Shown piece after piece: positions 13,091 through 26,519 of a DNA stretch of 64,000 nt. Under the pieces are notes generated by a model. It saw nothing but the letters and a program-made list of their open reading frames with translations. It was not told where the DNA came from and searched no databases. Position numbers and translations under genes: made by a program. The DNA comes from Octopus vulgaris (Eukaryota), in the NCBI GenBank assembly GCA_951406725.2, contig OX597815.1, forward strand, positions 102,362,001-102,426,000, read 5' to 3'. Numbering within the stretch: the stretch's first letter is position 1; every line of letters starts with the position of its first letter.

Positions 13091-14136
13091 CAGCACCCTG
13101 TCTGTATACCTTCAAGACGATCGTTGAACCGAAGAGTCCACGGACGGTGTTACGTAAGTAAAGTCGTTAATGGCGAAATCGGTCTACGATTAATTCTTTA
13201 TTTTGTATATTTTCATCTGTCTTACCCGCTTATGTTCTGGTGTTTGCTGAATTTTTCTAGAGAACATTCTTTTCTTTGTGGTTAGATCGTAGATGATTTA
13301 CTTCTAGCATATTGGATGTCCACTTAGTGGTCATCTCTTCTTATACGTATATATATATACATAAACACGACTGCTTTTAATCACCACAAGTCCATATGAG
13401 AGGTCCTCTCACGGTAAATAAAGCATATTCTGTGTTCTAACTCAACATCCACATTAAGGGGTGACAGGTATCACTTTTTGGTACTATTATTGCTTCCGTC
13501 GCTATTAATTTGTTTTTCAATTAGCCTTCAGACTACTTGCGACACCATGTCTGAATAGACACTGATATAATATAAATCATTGAGGGGCTGCTATGTCCCC
13601 GCTGGGCATATATGTAATATATATAAATCACATATATGTAATATATATATAAATCACATATACATACACATATGAGTTAAATAAAATTGAGCTAAGAGAA
13701 ATAACTCAGAGTTGTGAATACTATGAATTTGGACAATGAAGATGAATAAATACATATTAAGTACTGCACAAGACAAATTCTTATGTTGAAATTATTTTCG
13801 CTTCAGTAGAAGGTAAATAAATGTCTAGTGCCAATTTCGACCGATACAAACACATACATACACCCACTTATTCATACACATACACACAAGCAAACACTTA
13901 CACGCGTAGGCACAGACACATACAGATATATATTCCTATATTATTTTATTCGTCATTTCTTTTTCAGTTATTGGTCTACGTCAAAGCTACGTTACCCCTT
14001 TGAACGTTTTAATCGATCAAATCAACCCCAGTGCTTTTTAAAGTCGGGCTGTTTTGTCGAAACAAACACAGGCAAATATACATACATTTATACTACATGC
14101 GTGCATTCATACTCATACACATGCACACATATATTC

Positions 14137-14222
<86 letters not shown>

Positions 14223-14295
14223 CGTCTGTCTGGGTGTTTGTCTCTTTCTTGTATCACATAACTGTCTGGATGTTTTGCGTTCTTGTCCCATTTTG

Positions 14296-14404
<109 letters not shown>

Positions 14405-14446
14405 CGGCGTACGTACACTTTGGTCTCTCTCTCTCTCTCTCTCTCT

Positions 14447-14497
<51 letters not shown>

Positions 14498-14504
14498 ATG
14501 TATT

Positions 14505-14700
14505 TGTGTGTCTGTGTTTGTACCCCCACCATCACTTGACGACCGATGCAGGTGTGTGTCGCCGTAACTTAGCGGTTTGACACAATAGACCGATACATTA
14601 AGTACTAGGCTTACAACGAATAAGTTTTGGGGTCAATTTGTTCGACTAAAGGTGGTGCTCCAGCATTGCCGCTGTCAAATGACTGGAACAAATTAAAGAA
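14505..14700 (+). mobile_element. SINE family A, 3' half
   Basis: cgtaacttagcggtt...aagtactaggcttac...ggtggtgctccagcattgccgctgtcaaatgactggaac. Confidence 0.8.
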
Positions 14701-15079
14701 TAAAAGAAAAAGGAATAAAAAAAAGTAAGTAGAAAGAAAGCATTTGGCAGAGAAAGGTAAAATGGCACCAAGAAACACGAGAAAGGAAAAGAGAAAATGT
14801 AGAATGAAAAGAAGAAAAGGCAAAATAGAAAATAAAGAGTAAAAGCGAAAAAGAAGTGAGAGAAACAGGAAAAAAGAAAACAAAGATTGTAATTCAAGAA
14901 AGAATAAAAAAGAATAAAAATCTAAATTGGACAACCATAAAATGGATAAACAAAGAATACATAAGCAATATAAGTGAAACTGAAGATATATATATGTAGG
15001 TCCCGGGTTGAGTCGGGGTAAACCACAGTAAATAAGGTACTCAATACATAGCAGAGTAAAGTAATTTATTTTATAGAAG

Positions 15080-15131
15080 GAGCTTCTACAGACTAGAACT
15101 GTTTCATTCAGATGAAATCTTCAGGAAGCAC
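15080..15131 (-). ncRNA. Type-I hammerhead ribozyme (inverted twin)
   Basis: Minus strand gtgcttc-CTGAAGA-tttcatctgaat-GAAA-cag(ttctagt)ctg-TA-gaagctc. Confidence 0.72.
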
Positions 15132-15140
15132 AGAGCTTCA

Positions 15141-15193
15141 GAGCTTCCTGAAGATTTCATCTGAATGAAACAGTTCTAGTCCTGTAGAAGCTC
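15141..15193 (+). ncRNA. Type-I hammerhead ribozyme
   Basis: gagcttc-CTGAAGA-tttcatctgaat-GAAA-cag(ttctagtc)ctg-TA-gaagctc: 7-bp perfect stem I, stem III acag/ctgt, GUA cleavage triplet, short stem II ttc/gaa. Confidence 0.78.
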
Positions 15194-15203
15194 CTTCTAT
15201 AAA

Positions 15204-15243
<40 letters not shown>

Positions 15244-15245
<2 letters not shown>

Positions 15246-15770
15246 GAGCAAAAGCCCCCCCCCCCCGTCCAATGGACGGTGCTGAATCATATCTGCTGAA
15301 TAAAAAGCAATCAGTGTTTTCTTTTCATTGAAAAATAATTAAGCATGCCTTTATTTCAATAAATATTTTGGTTTTGTCAAAAATAAAACTTCTTGAGAAA
15401 GCAAATAGTCTTTCCTTCCTTCATGCCAAGTTTGAAGAAAATATCTCTTTTGCATCGTACTTTTTTTGTCCTTTAAATATACTGCATTTTATGGCATAAT
15501 TTCAAGCCAGCCGGCTTTTTTTGCACAAACTGCACGTGCATTTTTCTCGCGTACGCATAGTATCGATCACAACAGCTGATGTACTCGCGCATACAAATAC
15601 ACGTACCCACGGCTTTATCGATCGCATTCTCACCTGGAATAGATTTTTGTAATCTTTTCGGGACTTATACACACCCTGATACCGTCGTATCTACATATCA
15701 AATTTAAGCGCAATCGGATGGAGGATGTCCGAGATCATAGAAGACACACACAGACAAAACGGATTTTATA
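15244..15770 (-). mobile_element. Non-autonomous Helitron-like element (copy 1)
   Basis: Minus 5' end tataaaatccgttttgtctgtgtgtg; subterminal hairpin ccgtcc-att-ggacgg near a CTAG-like end (ctcgt); both ends shared with 38134-38450. Confidence 0.65.
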
Positions 15771-16142
15771 TGTAATATATATATATATATATACATAGAT
15801 AAATAAAAGCAGCCAAGAGACAGAAAATGATGATGAGATAAAAATAAGAAAGCATAATGCGAAAAAGAGCACATGAAAGAGGGAAAAGTTAGAAATAAGG
15901 AAAAAGGGAATGCTCTGAAATGGTTAGACAGCTAAGTGACTGGAACCGAAGGAGATTGGAAAATGAATATAAACACAAAGATACATAAATATGACAAGGA
16001 TATGAATTTATACAGAATGGGTGTCCAAGGGTGAATTTGTATATTTCAAACAGACTTTTCTTTTAAACACGTTTATTTCAAGAGGTTCAAGGGTTAAGAT
16101 ATATACAAACATACTGATGCGCAGAGCTACATACACGCACAG

Positions 16143-16308
16143 AGAAGTGTGGCTGTGAGGTGAGAAGTTTGCTTCCCAACTACATGGTTTCGTGCTTAGT
16201 CCCACTGCGTGGCATCATAGGCAGGTGTGCTCCAGTATGGTTCTGAGCCAACAAAAGCATTGTGAGTGGATTTGGTAGACGGAGACTAAAAAAAAAAAAC
16301 CGTCGTAT
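16143..16308 (+). mobile_element. SINE family A, head only
   Basis: gtgtggctgtgaggtgagaagtttgcttcccaac...gtggatttggtagacggagact. Confidence 0.8.
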
Positions 16309-16351
16309 ATGCATATGCATACACACACACACACACGCATATATATTTATA

Positions 16352-16740
16352 TAGTTGTGTGGTAAGAAGCTTGCTTCCCAACCACATTGTTCCGGGTTCG
16401 GTTCCACTCTGTGGCACCTAGGGCAAGTGTCTTCTACTATAGCCATGGGCCGACCAAAGCCTTATGAGTGGATTTGGTAGACGGAAACTGAAAGAAGCCC
16501 GTCGTATATATATATATATATATATATATGTGTATGTGTGTGTGTGTGTGTGTGTATTTGAGTTTCTTTGTTTGTCCCTCCGTGTTTACGTCCCCGTAAA
16601 TTAGCGATTCGGCAAAAGAGACCGATAGAATAAGTACTAGGCTCACAAAGAATAAGTCCTGGGGTCAGTTTGTTCGACTAAAGGCGGTGCTCCAGCATGA
16701 CCATAGTCAAAGGACTGAGACAAGTAAAAGAAATAAAAGA
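16352..16740 (+). mobile_element. SINE family A, near full length
   Basis: A-box-like tagttgtgtggtaag, B-box gggttcggttcc, internal TA/TG repeat, tail ggcggtgctccagcatgaccatagtcaaaggactgagacaagtaaaag. Confidence 0.9.
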
Positions 16741-16895
16741 GAAAATACATAAAAACCATTCAATGTAATGCCCCAGGATGGCCGCCGTGTAATGACGGAA
16801 ACTAGTAAAAAAGAGAAATATTTCATTCAGTACGCATACATACATGCACACCCACACACCCACACCCACGGGCGCGCACACTCACAAATACAGAC

Positions 16896-16936
<41 letters not shown>

Positions 16937-17985
16937 TACATATATATAGATATATATATTTATATACAGACGTATATGTGTCTGTATATATATATATATA
17001 TATATCAGTATATTTTGATTACAGACCTTACTTTAATAATGCATGTCTAGTGTTAAATACACGCCTAGGAAAGTGAAGCTCTGTAACACATTTAATATTT
17101 ATTATTTCGTTCCCCTATTCTGATAAGTGATCATATTAGGAGCAATTCAGACGTATTAATGTTCTGAAGCTAAGTGTTAAGAATGGATTGGCTAAGTTTT
17201 CCGTGTCATTAGAAGCCATCATTAAAGCAAAGTTTATCAACTGTGTTGCGTTATGATATTAGTTCCAGGTGAATGAATCGTGAGATAAGTGAGTTTAATA
17301 TTTTGTCGTAATGGTATTGCTAATGTTTAAGTGGGAGATCAAAAGATAATGTAATTTGCATTAGGGGAGTTTGTATTGTGTTCTTTTATATGTATAATTG
17401 TGGGTGATTGTGATAGTTAGGAGTGAAATCACTGTTCACTTCCCATTTCTCATATACTTCAATGGATGACTACGTTTATTTGATAAATGTAGACTGCGTT
17501 GACCAAAGTTTTTGCTGTAATCATAAATCTATATGCAGCATAATTAAATATATTTTAATATACGATACTTGTTTGCCAAATTAGACAGCTGTCAGACACC
17601 GGTTATAGTCATCTACACTTGTGTTGTTAATTATATACTTTTACAGACTCAGTCAGTTTGTGCAAATACGTACGGCTTTTGAAAGAATATGGTTTGGTTT
17701 CTTTCAGAATTCACATTCGTGATTTTAGAAAAAGAAAGCCCACATCTGGCTCTTACCTCCATTCCACAAATGCCTGTCTTGTTTAAGTGAAAATTAGTTA
17801 AACTTTTTTCAAGGAAAATCAGCTTCATGTCGAAGATCTGAATTACTGAACTGTTACAAACATTCTTCAAAACTTCTGGTTTCTTGGACTCATCTGTTGA
17901 AGAGAAGACGTGCCTAATCATTTCTCTGAGTCACTAATTGCAACTGTTAAGGCCATTTCTATTTGGAATACAGAGGAATATATTG

Positions 17986-18223
17986 TGAAGGGCAGGGCTT
18001 GGTGGTTGGGTTATTCGGCTCGCGATCGTAAGGTCGTGAGTTCTGTTCCCGGCGGCGCGTTGTATCCTTGAGCAAGACATTTTATCCTCACGGCTAGCCT
18101 TGTCAAAATCTATGTCACGTTGAATCTCTCTGAGAACTACGTTAGGGGTACATGCACGTTAATTTCACGAGTAGGATGTTCCGCTGATAGGATCAAATGG
18201 AACCTCGTCGTCGTAGTTGACAG
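17986..18223 (+). mobile_element. tRNA-derived CORE-like SINE
   Basis: ggcttggtggttggg...gagttctgttccc...gttgtatccttgagcaagacatttta; 3' part shared with 25608-25968. Confidence 0.8.
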
Positions 18224-18284
<61 letters not shown>

Positions 18285-19284
18285 TGACGACGACGACGAC
18301 GATAAAGGGCGATCTCTTGATTTCTTTCGAATATCGCATTTGATCGCATTTACCCGGTTTTTCATGGATCATGATATAGGTGATGCACATTACTTCACTA
18401 AAGGCCTTTTAAGTTTTTAAACTTTTGCCCCCACCTTTGAGTTGTTTAAATTCTTCGTTTCTATGCACTTTTTACGTACTACTTCATGTTCCCAGATTTT
18501 AAAATCATATTTCGACCATTAATTTTGACCAGCTGCTTGTGTCTGTGAGTTGGTTTGTTTTTATTATATCCAGCAACATAGCATACTATTACTTTACTCT
18601 TTATGCTAATACGTGATCTCTCTGTACTCAGTTTCTCTATTTAATACATACTTTCTGCTCTCTACCACCTTCTCTACCATATCTCCATGTAGATATATTT
18701 TTTTAATACTCGTATTGAAACTAATGTTTAGCAAAGTCATGTATCTCTCACTTTTTAAGTATATCCATCTCTCTAGTCTATTATCACCTTAGCCTTCCTT
18801 TTTTTTTTTTCTTACACAAACGCTCTTTCACTCCCTTTTCTCTCATACTAAATTTACATATTTCTTTATTTGTGATGCTCATTTCTTTTCAAATTTTAAT
18901 GCAGACTTTGGCTATTTGTCTTAGATTCTCTGGAATTTTTTCCTAGGCTGCAGATATTATAATTACTGCTCTACACGTACAGGATATTCGCAACCAAACT
19001 GATATCAGCAACAAGTTACTCCCTAGTAACAGTATATGGAATACGATGTCACGTGAAATGTTTAAATACCATGTATAAAAATACATATGTAAACAGTTTC
19101 TTTATCGTGGAGTCCGTTTTATGTGACGCATGGAAAAAAGTATTGTTACAAGGCACGGACATACGAACACTCAAACACACGGATACACAGACACACGGAC
19201 ACACACGAACACATATATGCGCCAGTAGATATTTATAACTTGGTTCTTGTCTCTATCCGGTTGGCCTTAGTTTGCTCTCTCTCT

Positions 19285-19355
<71 letters not shown>

Positions 19356-19447
19356 ATGGAACAGTATATTACACACACACACACACGGACACACGCACAT
19401 GCCCATACCCACGCACGCATACAAGGACATATAAAAATGTCCGTATA

Positions 19448-19482
<35 letters not shown>

Positions 19483-20119
19483 CTGCGAATGTGGGAGTGT
19501 AAGAACGCCTACTGCCCCTACGTCTGTGCATAGTACATTTATGCTTTTAAGAAACATTTATAGCTAAGTTACTGTCCAATACATTATATGTTTCATAAAA
19601 TAAGCCAATGAAGATGAAACAAAGAATAGAAATGATCTAAGTTTTTATTAATTTAATATTTTATTTTTATTAATCATATTTACCAGGCTCCATTTTTATA
19701 CAAGAACGGTCGAGATATATACCAATAATCAAGCGTGATGTTGCTTCTCAGAGACAAAAGTTTCCAAAAATAAAACAAGGCTGCCACTTGAAGACAAAAA
19801 CAAAACATACAAAGTCGTGAACTTTTTGATCCATATTCGAAGTTATCCCAAAATCAATTTTGGGCTGTTGTATTTTCCAACTAATGGAGACTAGTTTCAT
19901 CTTTAAAACACCATTTGTGCGTGTACAAATACACATTGCTGTCACTATGCTCACACACACACAAACGCACGCATACACATAGTATTCCTATAGGATTATA
20001 CACACATAAATATGCATATATGTATGTATATGAATGTATATAAACATGTGTGTGGGTTTTTGTGTATATGGGTATGTGTATATGTATGTATGTATGTATA
20101 TATACACGTACAAACACAC

Positions 20120-20278
20120 AGGCGCAGGCAAAGCTATGTGGTAAGAAATTTGCTTAACTACCACATGGTTTGGTGTTCAATATTCATGGCCTCTTGGGTA
20201 AGTGTATTCTGCTACAGCCGTAGGCCAACCAAAGTTTTGAGAGGGCTCGCTAGACGGAAACTGAAAGAAGCTCGTACT
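20120..20278 (+). mobile_element. SINE family A head, degraded
   Basis: aggcgcaggcaaagctatgtggtaagaa...agacggaaactgaaagaagctcgt. Confidence 0.75.
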
Positions 20279-20489
20279 ACAGACACACACACACACACAT
20301 ACACATATACACATATTCACATATACGAAGTCCGACCTATAAGTATCCGGACTGTTGCCATAGTAACGAAGCTAAAGCACGCAGAGTGAAGCCGCTTGTC
20401 ACAGATTAACCTTGACCTCTACTGTGCATATGCACTAAGTTTTAACGTTCTAACTAGACTATGCATGGATATGTTACTAGAAAGCTTCA

Positions 20490-21462
20490 TGATGATAGTA
20501 ACATCGATCAAAAAAGTAGTTTATCATGGAACAATAGCCGGATTACTACCTCCCACATTGAAGGGTATGTGTTTGCAATCCAGGAACAGGAAATATAAAT
20601 CAAGTACCTCATGAACAAAAGGGATAGAGATACAGGAAAAGCAGTAAAATGTGATAACCGATGCAAACTTTGTGGAGTTAACATTGAATATATCACCCAC
20701 ATCATAAGCAGTTGTCCGAAAATGTCATCACGGTATTATCTACCGATGAGATAAGACGTTGTTGCTAAGACACTGTATAATGAAATCCATCAGAAGGATA
20801 ATCTCGAGGACAAAAACCCATATTGTGGTAGAAGCCATAGCCACTCATAATGAAAAGGAATACTGGTGGAATTTACCAGTGAAGACCTCAATAAAATGTA
20901 AGCACAACAGACTTGATATAATGATTTGGGATAGAGAAGAGAAACTGTGCACAGTTGTGGAAAATAGCTGCCCAGCGGATGTTAACATAAAGCTGAAGAT
21001 TAGTGAAAAAAGAGAACACCTATACTGAACAATTGAGAAATCTGCAGTTACTCTATCCAGATTACAAGTTCAGGTTTATACCTGTAATTATTGGGGTACT
21101 GGGATATGTAATATACTTGAGAAATTATAAATATCAATCTTGAGAAATTAGGTTTCTCTAAACCAGAAAGGAGAAAGCTAATTCGAAGACTACATACAAT
21201 CCATCACTGGAACTGTAAAAATCTGTAAAACTTTCCATTTAAATAAGTATGAGGATATCTGGATATGCAACTATATGCATGAGAATACATACATACATAC
21301 ATACATACATACATACATACATACATACATACATACATACATACATAACATGTTGTTGATGTTTAAATTCCAATGAAGGAGCCTTTGATCTAGGTTAGAA
21401 ACCGACTCTTTTTCGGCAAGAAATCTCATAATGAAACTGAATAAAGAAGCTGAATAATGACA
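20490..21462 (+). mobile_element. 5'-truncated RLE (R4-like) LINE of a second family, ending at CATC/ATAC repeats; pseudogene
   Basis: EGYVFAIQEQEI, CKLCGVNIEYITHIISSC, YWWNLPVKTSIKCKHNRLDIMIWDREEKLCTVVENSCPADVN, FIPVIIGVLG, with stops and frameshifts. Confidence 0.85.
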
Positions 21463-21559
21463 TCCATCCATCCATCCATCCATCCATCCATCCATCCATC
21501 CATCCATCCATCCATCCATACATACATACATACATGCATGCATGCATGAATACATACAT

Positions 21560-21925
21560 AAGAGGCATAAAGAACCGGATATTGTTGTTTGAGACAAACA
21601 AGAAAAAAGCATTTACCGCCATAGAGGTCAGCTGTGCTGCTGATGTGAATATCTCTGAAAATCGAAGAAAAAGGAAAGTAACTACGGACACCTGTTTCGA
21701 AAACTCTAGTTTCTATATCCGGATTACAAATTCCTATTTATACCAACAATAATTAGAAGACTTTGTTTTTTAGTCTGGATCAGTTTGGATTTTCGGGGGG
21801 AAAAAATCAACCAGCTGACTTGCACATTACAAATACAATCTGTAAGCGGAACAGTAAAACTATGAAAGACTTTCCTCAGGTTTAAGATGTGATATGAAAG
21901 ACTTTCCTCAGGTTTAAGATGTGAT
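21560..21925 (+). mobile_element. More degraded RLE fragment related to 20490-21462, starting right after (CATA)n
   Basis: [28 protein letters not shown]; 32-bp tandem duplication tatgaaagactttcctcaggtttaagatgtga at its end. Confidence 0.7.
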
Positions 21926-22019
21926 ATTGTTTTTGTTATCTACATTCCAATGATATGATCAAAAACGGAAGAGAAAATACATATAAAGATGTAGAACATA
22001 TAACCCCGCCAGCCGCGCG

Positions 22020-22059
<40 letters not shown>

Positions 22060-23569
22060 GTATTTAAGTAATTGTTGTGCTACAAAGTCAAACAAATAAG
22101 CATGTAAATGGCTATAAAGAGCTGAAGAGTTATCCCTATCTTATAATCCGAATGGAGACGGTATCGAAAGTCTTGGAAAACTTGAATAAACAACTTACTA
22201 TATTTGGTGAATTTTCTAGAAATAACATAACATATATTCGCAGGCTAACATTAACCCTACCAAAAGTCAGACCAACAAACAATACTTTTTATTAAAAACT
22301 CGAACCACCTACTGACTCTAATAAAATATATCACGGAGAATATTAGAACTCAAATATCAGTTCAACCATCAGATAAGGAAATATTTATTAAGTCTTATCA
22401 AACACTACAACGTATCTCCGCAAATTCCAAAATAAATAAAATAGGAAGATAACATGGAATAAATTCCATATACCATAAGCGAATCCACAAACATAGCAAA
22501 GAGCAGCTTGACGCTGATAAAGACATACTGAGATGCCAGAAAATATTTTACAGAAATTCCGTAAAATCCAACCACAGTTATTTGGTCACGAATCATGTAA
22601 CTTTGTCAACCTTAATGCAATGTAGAAATACAATAAAGCGAAACCTTTCCACAAACAGAAAATTACTTAATTTCTTCATTTCAAAATCGAAACGGCTGTT
22701 TTTGCTTAAGCTATATTTATGTACATTTAATTAAAATTATTTCAATCCTTTGATATTTTTTATTCGTACTATTCCTGACCAAGCTCTATAACCATGCTAT
22801 TTATGTGTCAACTTAGTAAATTGAATATTCCTTTTCGATTACACGTTGCTCTGATATATGACCGTGTATTAGATTTTAGTCTTTTTTATAGTTACGTTTG
22901 CCGATTAAGACAATCTTAGCTACTCGATTACTCTAATTATTCTTTACTTCTTCATTTCAAATTATATTCGTTATTTTTGGTTTGATTCTATAAAGATCTG
23001 AAACACAGCTGCCAATAAAACAATTCCTTGGCTCTGCTCTTTTGATTAAAATTGTTGTAAAATGAATACAAGGGACCCTCTACATCCACCTGTTTCTCTT
23101 AGCTCGAGTCTTTTGTGTTTTAACTTATAAATAAACAGCAGCTGGTTATTAATACAAAACTCTTCTGACCTTTAATAATGTGCGATTATGCATTGAAACA
23201 AATAACTATGCACTGCTGTCACTTTCTTCAATAAAAGAACATACACTCTTTGTATACAATATATTTAGTTCTTTATTGCGCTGTGCTCTTCTCCATTCAT
23301 TATTAGAGAATTACGCTCTGTACGCGCGCGCATGTGAATGCATGCACATATTTGGTGGGAAGACCTCTAAATAGATGCTATATTACGAACTTGGTTGTGG
23401 AAAACGCTCACAGAAGAAACCTAGGCAACGACTTAAGGATTGTGCAAAGTCCTCGTTGAAGACAAGTAGAAAATAGGAGGTCAAGTGGGAAAACAATGCT
23501 TGTCATCGCTACAAATGGAGGAAACATGTAAAGGAAAGAGCGGGTATTATAAGAAAAAAAATCTAATCA

Positions 23570-23863
23570 CGCATTTTTCATGCGAACTGCTCGAAAACGC
23601 ACCACCAGTAGTGAATTGGGAAAACAATATCTGCGGATCGGTATGTTTATTAAACGCTGAGCTCATCATGCACCAGTAAAGCCACAAGTGTAGAGTATGA
23701 GTTTTACTTGAGAGCTCAATGTTTTTAATGTCAGTGATGGTCTTCTTCGGCCACGAGTGAACTGCCTTCATATATAAGTATGTATGTATGTATGTATGTA
23801 TGTATGTATGTATGTATACATGTTTCTATGTATGTATCCGTCTGTGTATCTGTCTGTCTGTCC

Positions 23864-23946
<83 letters not shown>

Positions 23947-23956
23947 AATCTATCTA

Positions 23957-24034
<78 letters not shown>

Positions 24035-25156
24035 CAAGCATACAAAAGGGAGGACGGTTGGACATTTATTTTCATCACTACAATTGTTTCTACGCAACGT
24101 AGTCCTCCAGGCTTGCAGGTACTTGATTATGCAACCGTTTCCTGCATTATGAAATCTAGCTGTGTTTCCGTAGGCTATATGTAAATATTTTCTCCGTAAG
24201 TTCAAATTCTCGGCTTCAAGAGCATCCTCTCTGTCTGTCGTGGCCTGAAGTTAGTAATAGCCACTGAGTTTACCAACAGGTGTTGCTACTGCAGGACTGT
24301 TGACAAACTGAGTTTGCCGACGGTCCTTCAGCAACAACACACCTTGATAAACTCTGTGGCTACTATTAATTTCAAGCCATGACATAGAGACGTTGTTATA
24401 TATGGAAAACTTATGCTTCAAATCATTCCAAAAATTTTTCTATACTCGCTCATTTTGGGGAGGAAGTTTTCCAAGAGGAGATCCAAAGAATTTTTATTGC
24501 ACAAGTTTTTATGTATATGCATTACAGCGCAGTGTGTCAGAGATGTTACCTCATTGTGGTACGGAGTCAGGCCTTCAGACATCGGAGTGTGCTGAACATT
24601 CTCTCACTTAGTGCAACAGACACAGGCTTGCGACATGATGACATTTGCATCACAAAGGCTGGTCCATAGCACTTTCAGAAGAACGGTGATTTGGTGAACA
24701 AAGTTCAATGCATCTTTGACCATGGAAACTGTAGATCCAATTTCTTGGCGGACAAGGTCAAGAGTGTGGTTTCCGCAGTGTGCAAAAATATATCAGGAAA
24801 CATTTCTTTTAATCTCTTTTGTATGCTTGAAATGTTTCTGCTCATAGTACTTGCGCCATCAAAGAAAAAAACAGCATAATTTTGAGCCCAGAGAAGTGTT
24901 TATGCAACAAAAGCATCCAAAATAACCTTAGCCATATTCTCAGAAGTGTAGTCAGGAGGGTTATAAAAGCTGAGAAAATCTTCGTGGAAATCCTGGTTTT
25001 CAGAAACATGACGGCAACAACTGATTCTTGTTCCATGCCAGGGCAATCACATACAAGATCAATAAACATGGAATCTTCAACAATATGAGTGTATGACTCT
25101 AGGATTTCATTTTGTATGCTACCAGATAGGAAACTAATTCGTCGTTTCTGCACCAT
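23570..25156 (-). pseudogene. hAT-superfamily (ZMYM/DUF4371-like) transposase relic interrupted by a compound microsatellite
   Basis: Minus strand: SIQNEILE, GMEQESV, DFHEDFLSFYNPPDYTSENMAKVILDAF, FDGASTMS, HCGNHTLDLV. A possible dimerisation-domain remnant at 23570-23770 is weaker. Confidence 0.7.
23775..24030. repeat. Compound (TATG)(TCTG)(TCTA)(TC)(TA) microsatellite
   Basis: Read directly. Confidence 0.95.
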
Positions 25157-25607
25157 ATTCTTTGGTAAGTTTATTTTTGAGATTTACAAAGTTTCCTATG
25201 ACATAAGTTAACTTTCTCTTCGAAGATGGAACTACTGCCTTCTTTTATCTTTTACTAAGGATATTACTTGAGCCTTAACAATTAGGAAATGCTATTACCT
25301 TTCTGTGAAGATTTCCTTAATTTTGTGATCTTAAAAGTGCTAACCACTATTATCTTTCACTACGTATGTTCTTTAGTCATTCGTTGAACTGGTAATTACT
25401 AATATCTTTTATTAAAGATATTCCTTAATTCTTTCTCTCCAAAGACCGAATAGTTGGCTTACATGGAAATCTCCTGCTCAATGATATATGATCTACATGC
25501 TTGGAGATTCTAGAAACAACCGTAAGGAAGTTTACGCATTATTTCTTAATCCCTTATTTACTATAATTACTCTGCAATTATGTTTGAATTATAAATTACA
25601 TGTTTCG

Positions 25608-25968
25608 TGGAGGCGCAATAGGCCAGTGGTTAGGGCAGCGGACTCGCGGTCGTAGGATCGCGGTTTCGATTACCAGACCGGGCGTTGTGAGTGTTTATTG
25701 AGCGAAAACGCTTAGAGATCCACGAAGCTCCGGTAGGGGGTGGTGGCGAACCACAACTTTTTCTCACTCTTTTTCCTGTTTCTGTTGCACCTGTATTTCA
25801 AAGGGCCAGCCTTGTCACACTCTGTGTAACGCTGAATCGCCTCGAGAACTACGTTAAGGGTACACGTGCCTGTGGAGTGCTCAGCCACTTGCACATTCAT
25901 TTCACGAGGAGGCTGTTCCGTTGATCGGATTAACTGGAACACTCGTCATCGTAATCGACGGAGTGCTA
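25608..25968 (+). mobile_element. tRNA-derived SINE family C
   Basis: A box taggccagtggttagg and B box ggtttcgattacc; head shared with 27522, tail shared with 18090-18223 and 40270-40420. Confidence 0.88.
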
Positions 25969-26007
25969 CGATACACGTTTTACTTGTTAATCCCTCTTTC
26001 TAATATA

Positions 26008-26515
26008 TCAAGTCATCCCATAAGCAATTTTCGAATTTGGGGTAAGAAGAAAAGTGATCTAATTTTACATTTTATTTAAATTTAATCCTGTTTATGATTC
26101 CCATCATTATCGATGACTTCTTTCCACTTACTAATTAGTTTTTTTAAAAATTCCATTGGTGAAAAACTCTTCTAGTCTTGATGAGTAGAAGGAAGAGAGG
26201 TCAGTTTCGACCTCTTTAAGGCTTTTGAGTACTAATTCATTTAAATGATTCTGCAAACTTCGAAACAAATGGTAATCAGAATGAATGAGGCCCAAGTAAT
26301 AAGATGTGTAAGGGGTTTTGCCCATCCAAGTACATCGATGTTTTCTGATGTAATTTTTTACATTATCATGATGAAACGCCACTCCCCTACGATTCGCTAA
26401 AGCAGCCCTTTTTTTTTTGTTCCAAACTTCAGCATTAGAGACAATGTTGATGCACGAATTGTTAGATACTGTCAGCTTCCAAATATACCACCTTCGAAAT
26501 CATGAGCAAAACCAC
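26008..26515 (-). mobile_element. Mariner 3' fragment
   Basis: FHHDNVK, SDYHLFRSLQNHL, EFFTNGI; TIR-like tcaagtcatcccataag after TA. Confidence 0.85.
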
Positions 26516-26519
26516 TTTA

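Larger units (their letters stand above)
14996..15209 (-). mobile_element. Short Penelope-pLTR-like element with an inverted duplication, inserted in (TA)n
   Basis: TA repeats on both sides; 15064-15129 is inverted at 15143-15209; each arm carries a hammerhead. Confidence 0.65.

Noticed and set aside
17050-17940. Possible Penelope coding remnant on the minus strand
   Set aside because: Only compositional resemblance; no motif could be read with confidence
25608-25685. tRNA gene (also 27522, 40127, 55330 and others)
   Set aside because: The A/B boxes belong to SINE heads that continue into shared bodies; no proper acceptor stem
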